Below, piece by piece: positions 12,201 through 23,418 of a stretch of DNA of 32,602 nucleotides (its first letter is position 1; every line of letters begins with the position of its first letter). The stretch covers positions 1 through 32,602 of the forward strand of contig NW_021832813.1 in the NCBI RefSeq assembly GCF_006345805.1. The letters are read 5' to 3'. Source of the stretch: Octopus sinensis (taxonomy: Eukaryota). The position numbers and the translations under genes were made by a program. The notes under the pieces are model-generated. The model was not told the DNA's origin. It saw nothing but the letters and a program-made list of their open reading frames with translations, and searched no databases.

Positions 12201-12735
12201 CGGGCCGGGGCCTATGGATAACTTCCAGAAATCCCTGGCTTGGCAGTGCTATCGAGACGCACTACCTGTTCGAGAGAAGAGCTACAGACACGGTTCGAAA
12301 ACCATCACCGGACCGACCTGCCCGAGATGCGGTCAGAGCGACGAAACCGTTCTGCACGCACTCGTGCAGTGTCCAGATATTTCAGAGCTGTGGTCCTTCG
12401 TCGAACAGCTGTTGTCACGTGTAGGTCAGGCTCGCCTATCGGCCGAGTCTATTGTGAATATTGTTCCACCACCTTCCTTTAAACGGGAAGGGAAAACGGT
12501 TTTCGTTACGCTGATGGCTATGGCGAAAGAATGTGTGTGGTGGACGCGTTTGAAAGGACTGCAAACAAACACCTTCCTCTCTGGTCAGTCTCTCGTCAAC
12601 TTTTCAAGTACCACTTGAAAAGGAGGATGAGAATAGAGAGAAGGCTTTGTCGAACGAATGTTTTAATAAAAAGTGGGTAAAAGTGCAAAAATGGTCAGTA
12701 TGAAAGACGACACTATTTTAAGCATAAATCTGTAA
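9299..12735 (+). pseudogene. LINE ORF2: APE endonuclease + reverse transcriptase + C-terminal CCHC; about 9 small indels as assembled
   Basis: EN motifs GCVNARG, xETR, VYAP, VGDWNA, SYLDRI, YTDH. RT motifs KSPGLDG, FRPITLLNADLKILAK, DQSKAFDRVDH, VRQGCPLS, AYADDV. C-terminal CPRCGQSDETVLHALVQC. Reconstructed end ..DDTILSINL* (TAA 12733-12735). Confidence 0.95.
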
Positions 12736-13031
12736 CCAAAAGAGACAACGAGAAGTAAGGCGACTTACTCATGTGTTCTTTTTCGAATTGCCTGAGGTGA
12801 CCTTGGTCTTTTTTGTAGGTTTTCTTTCCAAGACTACACCTAAACTGTGAACCTTATATATATATATATTGCTTTTTATACACCACACAACCCACAGATC
12901 CCTATTGATCAAACGTTTTTTTTTTTTTTTTTTTTTTTTTTTCTTCTTGCCCCACCCATCCCACCTCGAAAAGAAAAAATTCTACATTGTATTTCGTCCA
13001 TTTTTTTCTGTGTTTAGCCCTGTGTGGCTAC

Positions 13032-13037
13032 AATAAA
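13032..13037 (+). promoter_or_regulatory. Polyadenylation signal at the LINE 3' end
   Basis: AATAAA four bases before the (TATC)n array. Confidence 0.6.
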
Positions 13038-13040
13038 AAG

Positions 13041-13041
<1 letters not shown>

Positions 13042-13123
<82 letters not shown>

Positions 13124-13131
13124 ACTGTATG

Positions 13132-13184
<53 letters not shown>

Positions 13185-13261
13185 ATCTTATCTATCTTCT
13201 ATCTATCTATCTATCTATCTATTTCTATCTTCTATCTATCTATCTATCTATCTATCTATCA

Positions 13262-13302
<41 letters not shown>

Positions 13303-13313
13303 ATCTATCTATC

Positions 13314-13369
<56 letters not shown>

Positions 13370-13615
13370 CCTCTCTCCTCTCTCCTCTCTCTCTCTCTCT
13401 CTCTCTCCTCTTTATCTCTCTATCTATCCATTTGTCTGCGTGTGAGTCTGTCTACTTCTTTGTGTCTATCTGACTGTTCTGTAGTCTGTGTCTTATCTAT
13501 TCAACATAATACATACATACAATAGATATAAATGCATGTATCTATGTTGGTTTGTATCTGTCTGTCTCTTCTCTATCTTCTATCTATCTATCTATCTATC
13601 ACTATCTATCTATCT

Positions 13616-13667
<52 letters not shown>

Positions 13668-13707
13668 CTAACTATCTATCTATCTTACTGTATGTCTATC
13701 TATCTAT

Positions 13708-13739
<32 letters not shown>

Positions 13740-13740
13740 G

Positions 13741-13804
<64 letters not shown>

Positions 13805-13839
13805 GTATATATATATAGATATATATATATATATATAAG

Positions 13840-13880
<41 letters not shown>

Positions 13881-13900
13881 ATCAATCTATCTATCTATAT
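13042..13900. repeat. Two interrupted (CTAT)n arrays (13042-13370, ~13560-13805) with CT and TA runs
   Basis: Directly visible; variant units are shared between the two arrays. Confidence 0.95.
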
Positions 13901-14280
13901 ATCTTGCAATATATTTAGCTCATTGGATTGCCTCTTTTATTTTCTATGACTCTTTGTAAACAGACGTGCATACATACACCCAGACACCCATACACGTATC
14001 CACCCACATATATGCATGTATGTATGTATGTATATATGCATATATGAATGTGTGTATGTATGTACGTATGTATATACCTTAATATATACAGGTAACAAAA
14101 GAGGGGTGTAAAGACTGTGAAGATAAAAGAAGTTATCTCTGAATAATAGATATTTTCTCGCGTGTCACATCTCCGTTACCTCAGTCATTTCGACTGCATA
14201 CAATCCCCCAAGGTTGCTCTATCAAAAATACAATGCAAGGAGGTTTCATATTATATAATATATATATATATATATATATA

Positions 14281-14589
14281 GTTGAGATAAACACGCAGAT
14301 GGAGATGGAGGAGCGAATATATATACATATATAATATATTATAAATTATTATATCTTACTATATATACATGTATGTATATATGTTTTAAAATATGTTATT
14401 TGTGTATGTATATACATATAATATATATTATAATATATATATATATATATATATACATATTATGTATGCATGTATATGTATATATATATATAATGTATAT
14501 ATATATATATATATAGATACATACATACACAAATATACATATTTTAAACATATATACATACATGTATACATACAGAAGTATTCATAACG

Positions 14590-14658
<69 letters not shown>

Positions 14659-14692
14659 TCGCTCCATCTCCATCTCCGTGGTTTATCTCAAC
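14281..14692. repeat. 412 bp imperfect palindrome (fold-back) flanked by TA
   Basis: Outer arms 14281-14322 and 14653-14692 (GTTGAGATAAAC(C)ACG.AGATGGAGATGGAG..CGAATATA). Inner arms ~14366-14412 and 14521-14566 also match as reverse complements. Confidence 0.85.
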
Positions 14693-14969
14693 TATAAATG
14701 GCTCCTCACATCGATTTAGAGTGCACTTTATGCTGCCTTATACATTGTAATACGGTAAATTCGTTTGAATATTGAGTTCGAAGTCCTGTAATAACATGTC
14801 AGGCATTTTACCACATCGCTAAATACAGGCATTCTCGTTCCCTCTTCGCCTCTCTCTCTCTTTCACCATACACACACGAACACACACATACGTATACAGA
14901 CATATATAGATTTTGATACATGTACGCATACACGGGGCGCTCATAATTCATCTTTACATCTTACACACG

Positions 14970-15006
<37 letters not shown>

Positions 15007-15028
15007 TATATATATACATATATATATG

Positions 15029-15061
<33 letters not shown>

Positions 15062-15117
15062 ATATATAATATATATTATATATATATAATATATATACAT
15101 AATATATGTATATATAT

Positions 15118-15151
<34 letters not shown>

Positions 15152-15689
15152 ATATGTATATCAATAATACATACTGAAACAGATTCGTCAATTACCTTTT
15201 ATTAGAAACATCAGAACAAGTGGAAGTGTAGTGAGATTTCTAATAAAGCCTTATCTCTGTGCCTATGCTTTACAATAAACCCTGCTGAGTTATACGTATA
15301 TATATTTTCCTGAAGTTTTACCAAATTATAAAGTTGATTTGTGAACACACTATATACATGCAATGAATGAATGAAAGGAATAGAATAGGTAGTCGAGTAC
15401 TACGTCTGTTTCAAAAGGGACACCGAACGCATAATCACCAAGTCATTCGTATACTTAATTATTGTATTATAGGCAACAGTATTTGTAGAACAGCAGTCAT
15501 CTTATCAGAATGTTTGCGTAATTTCGATATGGGACCAAATATATTTGATACATTGATTAGTAAAGTATATTGATTGATTATCATCGTCTCTTGTGTTATT
15601 AATACAGGTCTTGTCTATGCTAGAAGCTGGCAACTGCTTCTACCACGGCCAATTGGTTGTCACTACGTAACGGTGTATAGACACACACA

Positions 15690-15767
15690 TATACACACAC
15701 ACATCTGTCTGTCTATCTGTCTGTCTGTCTGTCTGTCTGTCTATGTACGTAAGTATCTATCTGTCTG

Positions 15768-15822
<55 letters not shown>

Positions 15823-15887
15823 GTCTGTCTGTGTGTCTGTCTATCTGTGTATGTAAGTATCTATCTATCTGTCTATCTATCTATCTG

Positions 15888-15941
<54 letters not shown>

Positions 15942-16051
15942 AATCTATCTATCTATCTATCTGTCCATCCATCCATCCATCTATCTATCTATATATCTCT
16001 CTATCTATCTATCTATCTATCTATCCGCTATTATATATATATAATATAATA

Positions 16052-16094
<43 letters not shown>

Positions 16095-16100
16095 GTATGT
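15690..16100. repeat. Compound (CA)/(CTGT)/(CTAT)/(CCAT)/(TA)/(TATG) microsatellite
   Basis: Directly visible. Confidence 0.95.
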
Positions 16101-16881
16101 ATGCGTGTTTATGAGCATTTATACACAATCACTCCCCTAATTTTAGCCAATCTGATACCACACATACACTTACATATTCAAAGAAACAAACGGATGCAAT
16201 AACACGTTCATCGCATACATTTGTCTCCTAAATAATAGCTTTACTAATGTGCCTTCAATACAAAGTGTCTGAAAGCTGACAATTAGTTAAATGAACTTAT
16301 ATATTAGTGAAGCTAATATAAACTTAAGAAACACTATGATTGACATCGCTGAACGAAGTCCAGATGGCTTATGAATTGTTTAATTTAGTTATATAGCGGT
16401 TACTGTAAGGTATTCACCGTTATCAGTTTAGTATAATTATGATTCAAATATATCACGTTTGTTGTTGATCTTGCTACAGAGGAAAAGTAATTTACAGCAC
16501 GTATCTGCATCCTTTGTATATATTTTTCAGAATGTGATGTGATCACAGTTTTGATTCTATGCTGTTGTTTGTCTCCTAGATTTATATATTACCATATTTG
16601 TAAGTATGTATGTATGTATGTATGTATGTATTTGAGTGTTTGTGAAGAACATGAAAAATAAGTAGACACTCACACACACACACACACACACACCACGCTC
16701 ACTCACATATATATGATATCAATTTCGTGTAATATCAAACGGAATATTTTATTCCACTCTTACATTTATTTCAATTGGTGCAGAATTGATGTATGTTTAT
16801 TATATAAACGTACAATAAGCCTATTTTTGAACGATGTGTACAACGGTAATTTGATGAAATCCCACGTGAGTGTGTATGTCA

Positions 16882-16915
<34 letters not shown>

Positions 16916-16946
16916 GTATATACATACACACACACATATGATAGAT

Positions 16947-17141
16947 CGTTAGCTCCTACACGCATTTTTTCTCTCCATGTTTCTCTCCTTATTTTTTTCT
17001 GTGTAACTTTCTGTCGAAGAGCGTAGGCTCGAAACATAAAAGACTTGTTCCATTTTTATTCCTGAGTGCCATACTATTACATTTGTTTGTCTGTACTCCA
17101 CCTGCCTTCGTCGTTTGTTTATTTTCGTAAACTTTCCCGTT
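16947..17141 (+). mobile_element. Penelope-like terminal-repeat fragment (family 2) with degenerate hammerhead-like motif
   Basis: Shares GAAGAGCGTAGGCTCGAAAC.TAAAAGAC with 21221-21420 (minus strand); ends at a (TA)n run. The Penelope assignment rests on the minimal-hammerhead architecture. Confidence 0.55.
17007..17042 (+). ncRNA. Minimal type I hammerhead-like motif, degenerate
   Basis: CUUU-CUGUCGA-A-GAGC(GUAG)GCUC-GAAA-CA-UA-AAAG. Position 6 is U rather than A, and the stem III G is replaced by A. Confidence 0.4.
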
Positions 17142-19236
17142 ATATATATATATATATATATATATATAGATAGAGAGAGAGAGAGAGAGTGAGGGAGAGA
17201 GAGAAGAAAAAAGAAAGTGTACCATCGTCCGAAGGATTCGAATGTCGAGTCTGAATTGAACCGTATGGCTGAGCTAACCCTGTACCAAATTGACACTACG
17301 TCTTTAACCATCAAACTTTGATGTCTCAATCTAATTTGATATGCTTACGCGTACCAGGGGCCTGAAAATGGGGATCCTAGTCTCACCGTAGGTTATTATC
17401 CATATTTGCTATATCAGAAAACTGAAGGAAGTTATAACGTTACCTCTGTGATTCGAACACAGCTTCTGCCGTAATCCGCATTGCTGCGCCACTCACAACT
17501 CAAAATATTCACCATATACACAGCCACTGAGAGGTACATCGATGCAGACATACGTAGATTTCAATTTTAGCCTGACTCAATTTGTTAATGTTCGTTCAGT
17601 ATTTATCCAGTATCAACTCGTTGGTTTACATTGGATCCGTGTTAAGCCATGTGAAGCGGAGATGCCATTCAGCAAAACGGAGAAGGAACTGCGAGATAGA
17701 GAAAGCATTCAGTCTACCCTGAAGATCATCCATTCCCTTTTAACAAAGCGAACAGTCTTCCTCAGTCTGATGGCTAGGGTGAAGTAAGTAACATGGTGGA
17801 TATAGTTGCAAGGTTTGAAAGCGGAACTTTTCCTATCAGGCCAGACCCTTATCAACCTATCCACGTAGCACTTAGAGAGGAATGTGTAGGTAGGTAAAAA
17901 TGACGGTATTTCTAGTAAATTTTGAAAAATGTACATAAGAGAGATGAAATTGGTGTAGGTAAAAGTAGCTTAAGCCGATAGAAAAGTGTCATCCATTTTT
18001 CAAATCTCACCTCAGTACCTTAAATATATTTGTCTTGTTGTTTAACAACTGCAGTGAATAGCTTGAGGCTGACCATATACAACAGATAATTTATTGTCCT
18101 CCAATTGCATTTGAATATGAGGGATGTATTGTTTAATCTGTTGATCGATGGTGTTATTACCGGAAAAGGAGTCAAGTAAAAAATGTATCGGCTAACAATA
18201 TCCATCTATTTATGCAACCAAAGTTATTTTTCTTTTTACAATTCTGTCCTTGTCGTCAGGCGTTTTTGCCATTTAATGATGATGTATCTGAGTGCTATTG
18301 GCGCTACTTTACTCATGATTAATATTTCCAGATACGCTAAGTCTTGCATACTACAGAAAATTACAAATGGGTAAGAGCAACTGATGCCGTTTTCGGTGAG
18401 ACACTTGGTGTTGAAAAAGATCTAATGGGTAGAAAATATAGGCGGGAGGGATGTCATTCAATGTTCAACTACGTACGACTACCAGAAAACCCTGATCTGA
18501 TGGCGGGAGGAAAATTGCTGGTTCGGATACGAAGTGCTGCCTTCCGAACCTGTCCTAGTTGTATACCGAGCGACGAAACTATTCGGCATGATAATCGCTC
18601 ACATTCCGAGCATTGCTGACTGACGGATTTATCATATGAAACAGCTGTTGTCTTATGACGATACGCGCGTCTATCAACAGAATCAGTTCCATATATATTC
18701 TCGGTGATGGGAAATGTTGGCACTAATCTTTTTCTGTGTATTGGTCAAGGAAATTCTACGGTGGACAAGACTGAAAAGAAATGAGAACTGACATCCCTCA
18801 TCAGTTTTTTCAAGCCTCTCTTCGAAAGTAAGATAAAGATAAAGAGACAAAGACGTCTCTCCATTTAATTTGTTCTGAGAGTGAGAGAGTAAGAGATTGG
18901 CGACTCTGTCCGAAGCGATTGGATCAAAATCCCATCTTGTGTCTGTATGGCAGACCTGACAACTCCAACGCGGGCATTTGCCTTTGCTAATAATAATTTA
19001 GCTAAAACTCACATCGGATCAGAGGAAATATTAACAATGATAAATAGTAATAAAAAAAACACGAAAATAATATTATCAGTGATGATAATAATAATAATGA
19101 AAGGAAACGGTTTGAATCTCCCTATGCTCTGATTGATGATAGATTTATTGATGGTGTCACAATAAAAACACTGGTATAGCTAACTCATATGAGTGACAAT
19201 GAAAAAACAAAATATTGTGAATAAAGGGAGTGAATA

Positions 19237-19662
19237 GGCGCAGGAGTGGCTGTGTGGTAAGTAGCTTGCTAATCAACCACATGGTTCCGGGTTCAGTCCC
19301 ACTGCATGGCATCTTGGGCAAGTGTCTTCTGCTACAGCCTCGGGCCGACCAAAGCCTTGTGAGTGGATTTGGTAGAGGGAAACTGAAAGAAGCCTGTCGT
19401 ATATATGTATATATATGTATATGTATGTATGTGTATGTATTTGTGTGTCTGTGTTTGTACCCCTAGCATTGCTTGACAACCGATGCCGGTGCGTTTACGT
19501 CCCCGTCACATAGCGGTTCGGCAAAAGTGACCGATTGAATAAGTACTGGGCTTACAAAAGAATAAGTCCCGGGGTCGATTTGCTCGACTAAAGGCGGTGC
19601 TCCAGCAAGGCCGCAGTCAAATGACTGAAACATGTAAAAGAGTAAAAGAGTAAAAGAGTAAA
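19237..19662 (+). mobile_element. Full-length tRNA-derived SINE (family 2; CORE-like TTGGGCAAGTGTC segment, internal TA/TG run, (AAAAGAGT)3 tail)
   Basis: A-box AGTGGCTGTGTGGTAAG, B-box GGTTCAGTCCC. A degenerate antisense copy lies at 27695-27890. Confidence 0.88.
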
Positions 19663-19721
19663 GGTGGTAATGAAACTGAAGCCCTTGATGGTGACAGTGT
19701 TACACTCGGCAGGATCAGTCG

Positions 19722-19802
19722 GAAAGTATACACTGTATCAACGAGTGAATTGACAGGTGATTTATCTTTACAAAAAAGTTTGAGGTCATCCAGGAATAAA
19801 AG
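19722..19802 (-). mobile_element. R4/Dong-type LINE RT fragment
   Basis: LLFLDDLKLFCKDKSPVNSLVDTVYTF resembles the LLYMDDLKLY..SL..TV..F motif of R4/Dong RTs. Confidence 0.75.
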
Positions 19803-19922
19803 TGGATGGAGCACTTAAAGAAAACAGCACTGCTTGGAACCGCTCGAATACTCCGGATGGTGCTCGAAAAATAAGGAGTGTTACCTTAGTACATCTCCAG
19901 CGTTAGAAGCTGTGGAAACGCA
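19803..19922 (+). mobile_element. R4/Dong-type LINE 3' end
   Basis: EHLKKTALLGTARILRMVLEK* plus a short 3' UTR running into (AAT)n; near-identical to 22555-22635. Confidence 0.8.
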
Positions 19923-19950
19923 ATAAATAATAATAATGATAATAATGATG

Positions 19951-19981
<31 letters not shown>

Positions 19982-20006
19982 TTATAATAATAATAATAAT
20001 AATAAT

Positions 20007-20040
<34 letters not shown>

Positions 20041-20041
<1 letters not shown>

Positions 20042-20237
20042 GCTTACAGAACTGTTAGCACACTGGACAAGATGCATAGCGGTGTCATTACGTTCTGAGA
20101 TCAAATTCCGGTGAGTTTGACTTTGGCCTTTATCATTTAGGGCTCGGGAAAATAGGTACCATTTGAGCACTGGGCTCGCTGCAATCGACTTACCCCTTCA
20201 TCCTCAAATTGGTAGCCGTATGCCAAAATTTGCAACC
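20041..20237 (+). mobile_element. Diverged family-1 SINE (tail type 3, ending in (ATT)n)
   Basis: TTACGTTCTGAGATCAAATTCCGG..GACTTTGGCCTTT..AAATAGGTACC..AATCGACTT. Confidence 0.75.
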
Positions 20238-20742
<505 letters not shown>

Positions 20743-21160
20743 ATCACGTTTCCATTGGAACGAACGTCTATATATACTAGCTCCTGGTTACAGACATCTC
20801 TATCGTTTTGGGGGAAAGTAATTTCATTTCCGAGTGAATAAATAAGCGATAAAGTTTCAAAATCAAAAATAGAACAGCGTGTGCGCGAGCACATGTATAG
20901 TGTGTGCGTGTGTGTGTGTGCATGTGTGTATTATATGAATGTATACGTATCAAAAATGCATACATACAAACAGGTACACACACACACACTTACATACATA
21001 CATACACACACATATATGCATAAACACATGTGTATATGTGTACACACACATACATATACCTGTGTGTGTGTATATTAATAAGTGAATGTGTACGAGCGTA
21101 TATATATATATATATACTGAGAGAGAGAGAGAGAAAGAGAGAGAGAGAAAGAGAGTGAGA

Positions 21161-21193
<33 letters not shown>

Positions 21194-21220
21194 AAGAGAG
21201 AGAGAGAAAGAGAGAGAGAG

Positions 21221-21420
21221 TTGACATTTATAGCAAAACAAAAGATGATGACAGGTATATGAACAATAGAGCACGTGCTTTTAAGTTGACGCTCGGGAAA
21301 AATAAATAAACGTCTTTTACGTTTCGAGCCTACGCTCTTCAGCAGAAATGAATAAGTGGAAATAAATCGAGAGAGAATGAAAAAAAAAAAACGTGTTGAG
21401 TTCAGCGGTCCAACATGGCG
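21221..21420 (-). mobile_element. Penelope-like terminal-repeat fragment (family 2)
   Basis: Homologous to 16947-17141; abuts a (GA)n run. Confidence 0.55.
21314..21349 (-). ncRNA. Minimal type I hammerhead-like motif with an A6C core variant
   Basis: AUUU-CUGCUGA-A-GAGC(GUAG)GCUC-GAAA-CG-UA-AAAG; palindromic ACGU stem III; GUA triplet. Confidence 0.5.
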
Positions 21421-21540
21421 AATGAGTGGGAAAATGAGGTGGAAAGAAAGGGAGATGTACTAGTGATCCCAACAAGAGAAGGTGATCGTGTGTGCCCGCG
21501 TTTGTGTGTGTGTGTTTGAGAATGATGTGTGTGAGTGTGT

Positions 21541-21707
21541 AAGCACGCCGGGCGATATGCTTTGCGGTATTTCGTTCGCCGCTGCGTTCTGAGTTCAAAT
21601 TCCGCCGAGGTCGATAAATAAAGTACTAGTTTCGCATTGGGATCGATGTAATCGACTTAATCCCTTTGTCTGTCCTTGTTTAGCCCCTTGTGGGCAGTAA
21701 AGAAATA
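21541..21707 (+). mobile_element. 5'-truncated family-1 SINE with a deletion between the two internal GGTCGA repeats
   Basis: ..TTCCGCCGAGGTCGATAAATAAAGTAC.. lacks CTTTGCCTTTCATCCTTTCGGGGTCGA; tail type 1. Confidence 0.85.
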
Positions 21708-22310
21708 TATAGTACAACCCGAATTTCTAGGCACCTCATCACAAAAATACGTGTTCACCCATATTATCTTGTCCCAGCGATGAATTTAATTTATAATCTT
21801 GGCATTTTTTCATTGTAAAAAATGATGTACTTCTCTTTTTCCTCCTCTTTCTCTTTTATATATAGCTTTCTATATATCGAATTCTTTTCTCTCTCTCTTT
21901 CATTCTCTTATTTTTCTCTCTCTGAATCGCTTTCTCACGTTCTCACTCATTTTCAGTTTCACTCTCTTTCTCTCTCTCCTTCTCTCCCTTTCGCTCTCTG
22001 TCTTTTTACACTCTCTCTTTCTTTCTCTCTTTCTCTCTCTCTCTCTTCCTCCCCTCTCTCGCTCGCTAACATAGCAGATATCCAAGGAAGGATTATTTCG
22101 TTGATGTAATTGTTTCTTCACTTATCGTCGTAATCTTCGCTGCCATCTTATGATTGCATGCACAAATTTCCTAATCCTAATCCAGTCTGCTTTAGTGCAA
22201 GATACACCAATCTTAAACACAAGACACCAAACAATAATAATAATAACAATAGTAATAATAATAATAATAATCATGATAATATAATAATAACGATAGTAAT
22301 AATAATAAAA

Positions 22311-22370
<60 letters not shown>

Positions 22371-22635
22371 GCACAGCTGACAACAAGGTATACGATAAGG
22401 AAGAAAGAAAAGTCGATAGATATGACAGGTTAGCTTGGGAGTTGTGGTCGGTGAAAAATGTGGTAGTAGTACCAATAATTGTCCGAGCCCTGGGAACAGT
22501 GAGTGAAAATCTTGAGAAGTACATGGAACAAATTGGGGCTGTTATAAGAGTGGAGCACTTGTGGAAAACAGCCCTGCTTTGAACCGCTCGAATACTCCGG
22601 AAGGTGCTCGAAAAATAAGGGGTGTTAACTTAGTT
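22371..22635 (+). mobile_element. R4/Dong-type LINE, C-terminal restriction-like endonuclease fragment
   Basis: TADNKVYDKEERKVDRYDRLAWELWSVKNVVVVPIIVRALGTVSENLEKYMEQIGAVIRVEHLWKTALL*TARILRKVLEK*; 5' end joined directly to (AAT)n. Confidence 0.82.
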
Positions 22636-23240
22636 ATTAAATGCAATACATAACCCAAGTGTATCTATTTTATCCGGAACGAATGAAAGAAGCATAGATT
22701 TTGGTGACGTTAGCAAGAAAGATGCAATTCATGGCTGCTATAGGAAATATAATATCTCTAAAGGAAAATTACTGTAATAATTTTAAATGGCTGGAGATTA
22801 TCAGAGACTGTTACCGCCTGCTGTGGTTGTTGTTTTGTGGCTAGCAAAGGAAACGAGATGAGTTGTATGCCAAGAAGTTCATTAGCTCCAGAACTGCGCA
22901 AGTTGTGAAAAGGTCAAACTAATATAAATCTGTCTCGTGGAATTGTACGGATGCGAGAAACGAACATCCAGTTGGAATTAACGATTTCTTCAAAAAGAAA
23001 TGGCCGGAACTCCACACTAGCAGAAACAATAAGTAATAATGATAACAACAACAACAACAATAATAATAATAATAATAATATAATAATAATAATATAATAA
23101 TAATAATAACAACAACAACAACGAAGACGACGAGAGAGACTACGATGATAATAATGATTAAAACAGGCGGTTTCTTCCCAACCAGTACACATACACACAC
23201 GCACTCACACACACACACACACGCTCACTCATTATTATTG

Positions 23241-23393
23241 AAAGAGTTATAAGTATCTCGGAGTATTAGAATCTGAGAGAAATGTAAACGAAAATTGAGG
23301 AGTACGTCAGATGGGTAAAGAAGCCAATGAAGCCAAGGCTAAATGGTCCGAATCTAGTGGAGGCTGTAAATACTTGGGTTGTATCATTACTTA
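23241..23393 (+). mobile_element. R4/Dong-type LINE internal fragment (RT thumb region)
   Basis: ESYKYLGVLE, then after a frameshift EEYVRWVKKPMKPRLNGPNLVEAVNTWVVSLL; followed by (AAT)n. Confidence 0.75.
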
Positions 23394-23418
23394 ATAAAAA
23401 TAATAATAATAATAACAA

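Larger units (their letters stand above)
7185..13041 (+). mobile_element. Apparently full-length L1/Tx1-clade non-LTR retrotransposon
   Basis: ~330 bp putative 5' UTR, ORF1, 74 bp spacer, ORF2, ~300 bp 3' UTR ending in AATAAA. The 3' boundary is well supported; the 5' boundary is inferred from the CTAT junction. Confidence 0.9.

Noticed and set aside
10071-12482. Antisense and alternate-frame ORFs over LINE ORF2
   Set aside because: Shadows of a GC-rich coding region with no motifs of their own. 9290-9622, 11238-11924 and 11785-12618 are frameshifted pieces of ORF2.
14090-14250. Possible decayed Penelope-type end (CATTTCGACTGCA..TGCAAGG)
   Set aside because: No intact hammerhead core and no second copy to align against.
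15198-15247. 11-bp inverted repeat TTTATTAGAAA/TTTCTAATAAA
   Set aside because: AT-rich and short; expected by chance and too weak for a pre-miRNA.
15608-15667. Candidate exon [19 protein letters not shown] (ADAM-prodomain-like CFYHG)
   Set aside because: Weak donor (GTAACG) and only a five-residue similarity.
16531-16599. 69-bp candidate exon with TTTTTCAG and GTAAGT
   Set aside because: The donor merges into a (TATG)n run, the phase is incompatible with the 17611 candidate and the peptide is unrecognisable.
17440-17500. Minus-strand A-box/B-box-like pair (AGTGGCGCAG..GTTCGAATC)
   Set aside because: Too short for a cloverleaf and no second copy; at most a decayed SINE head.
18370-18410. 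EQLMPFS.RH resembling the piggyBac DEQL..F.GR motif
   Set aside because: The catalytic D is absent, downstream motifs do not follow and there are no TTAA/TIR ends.
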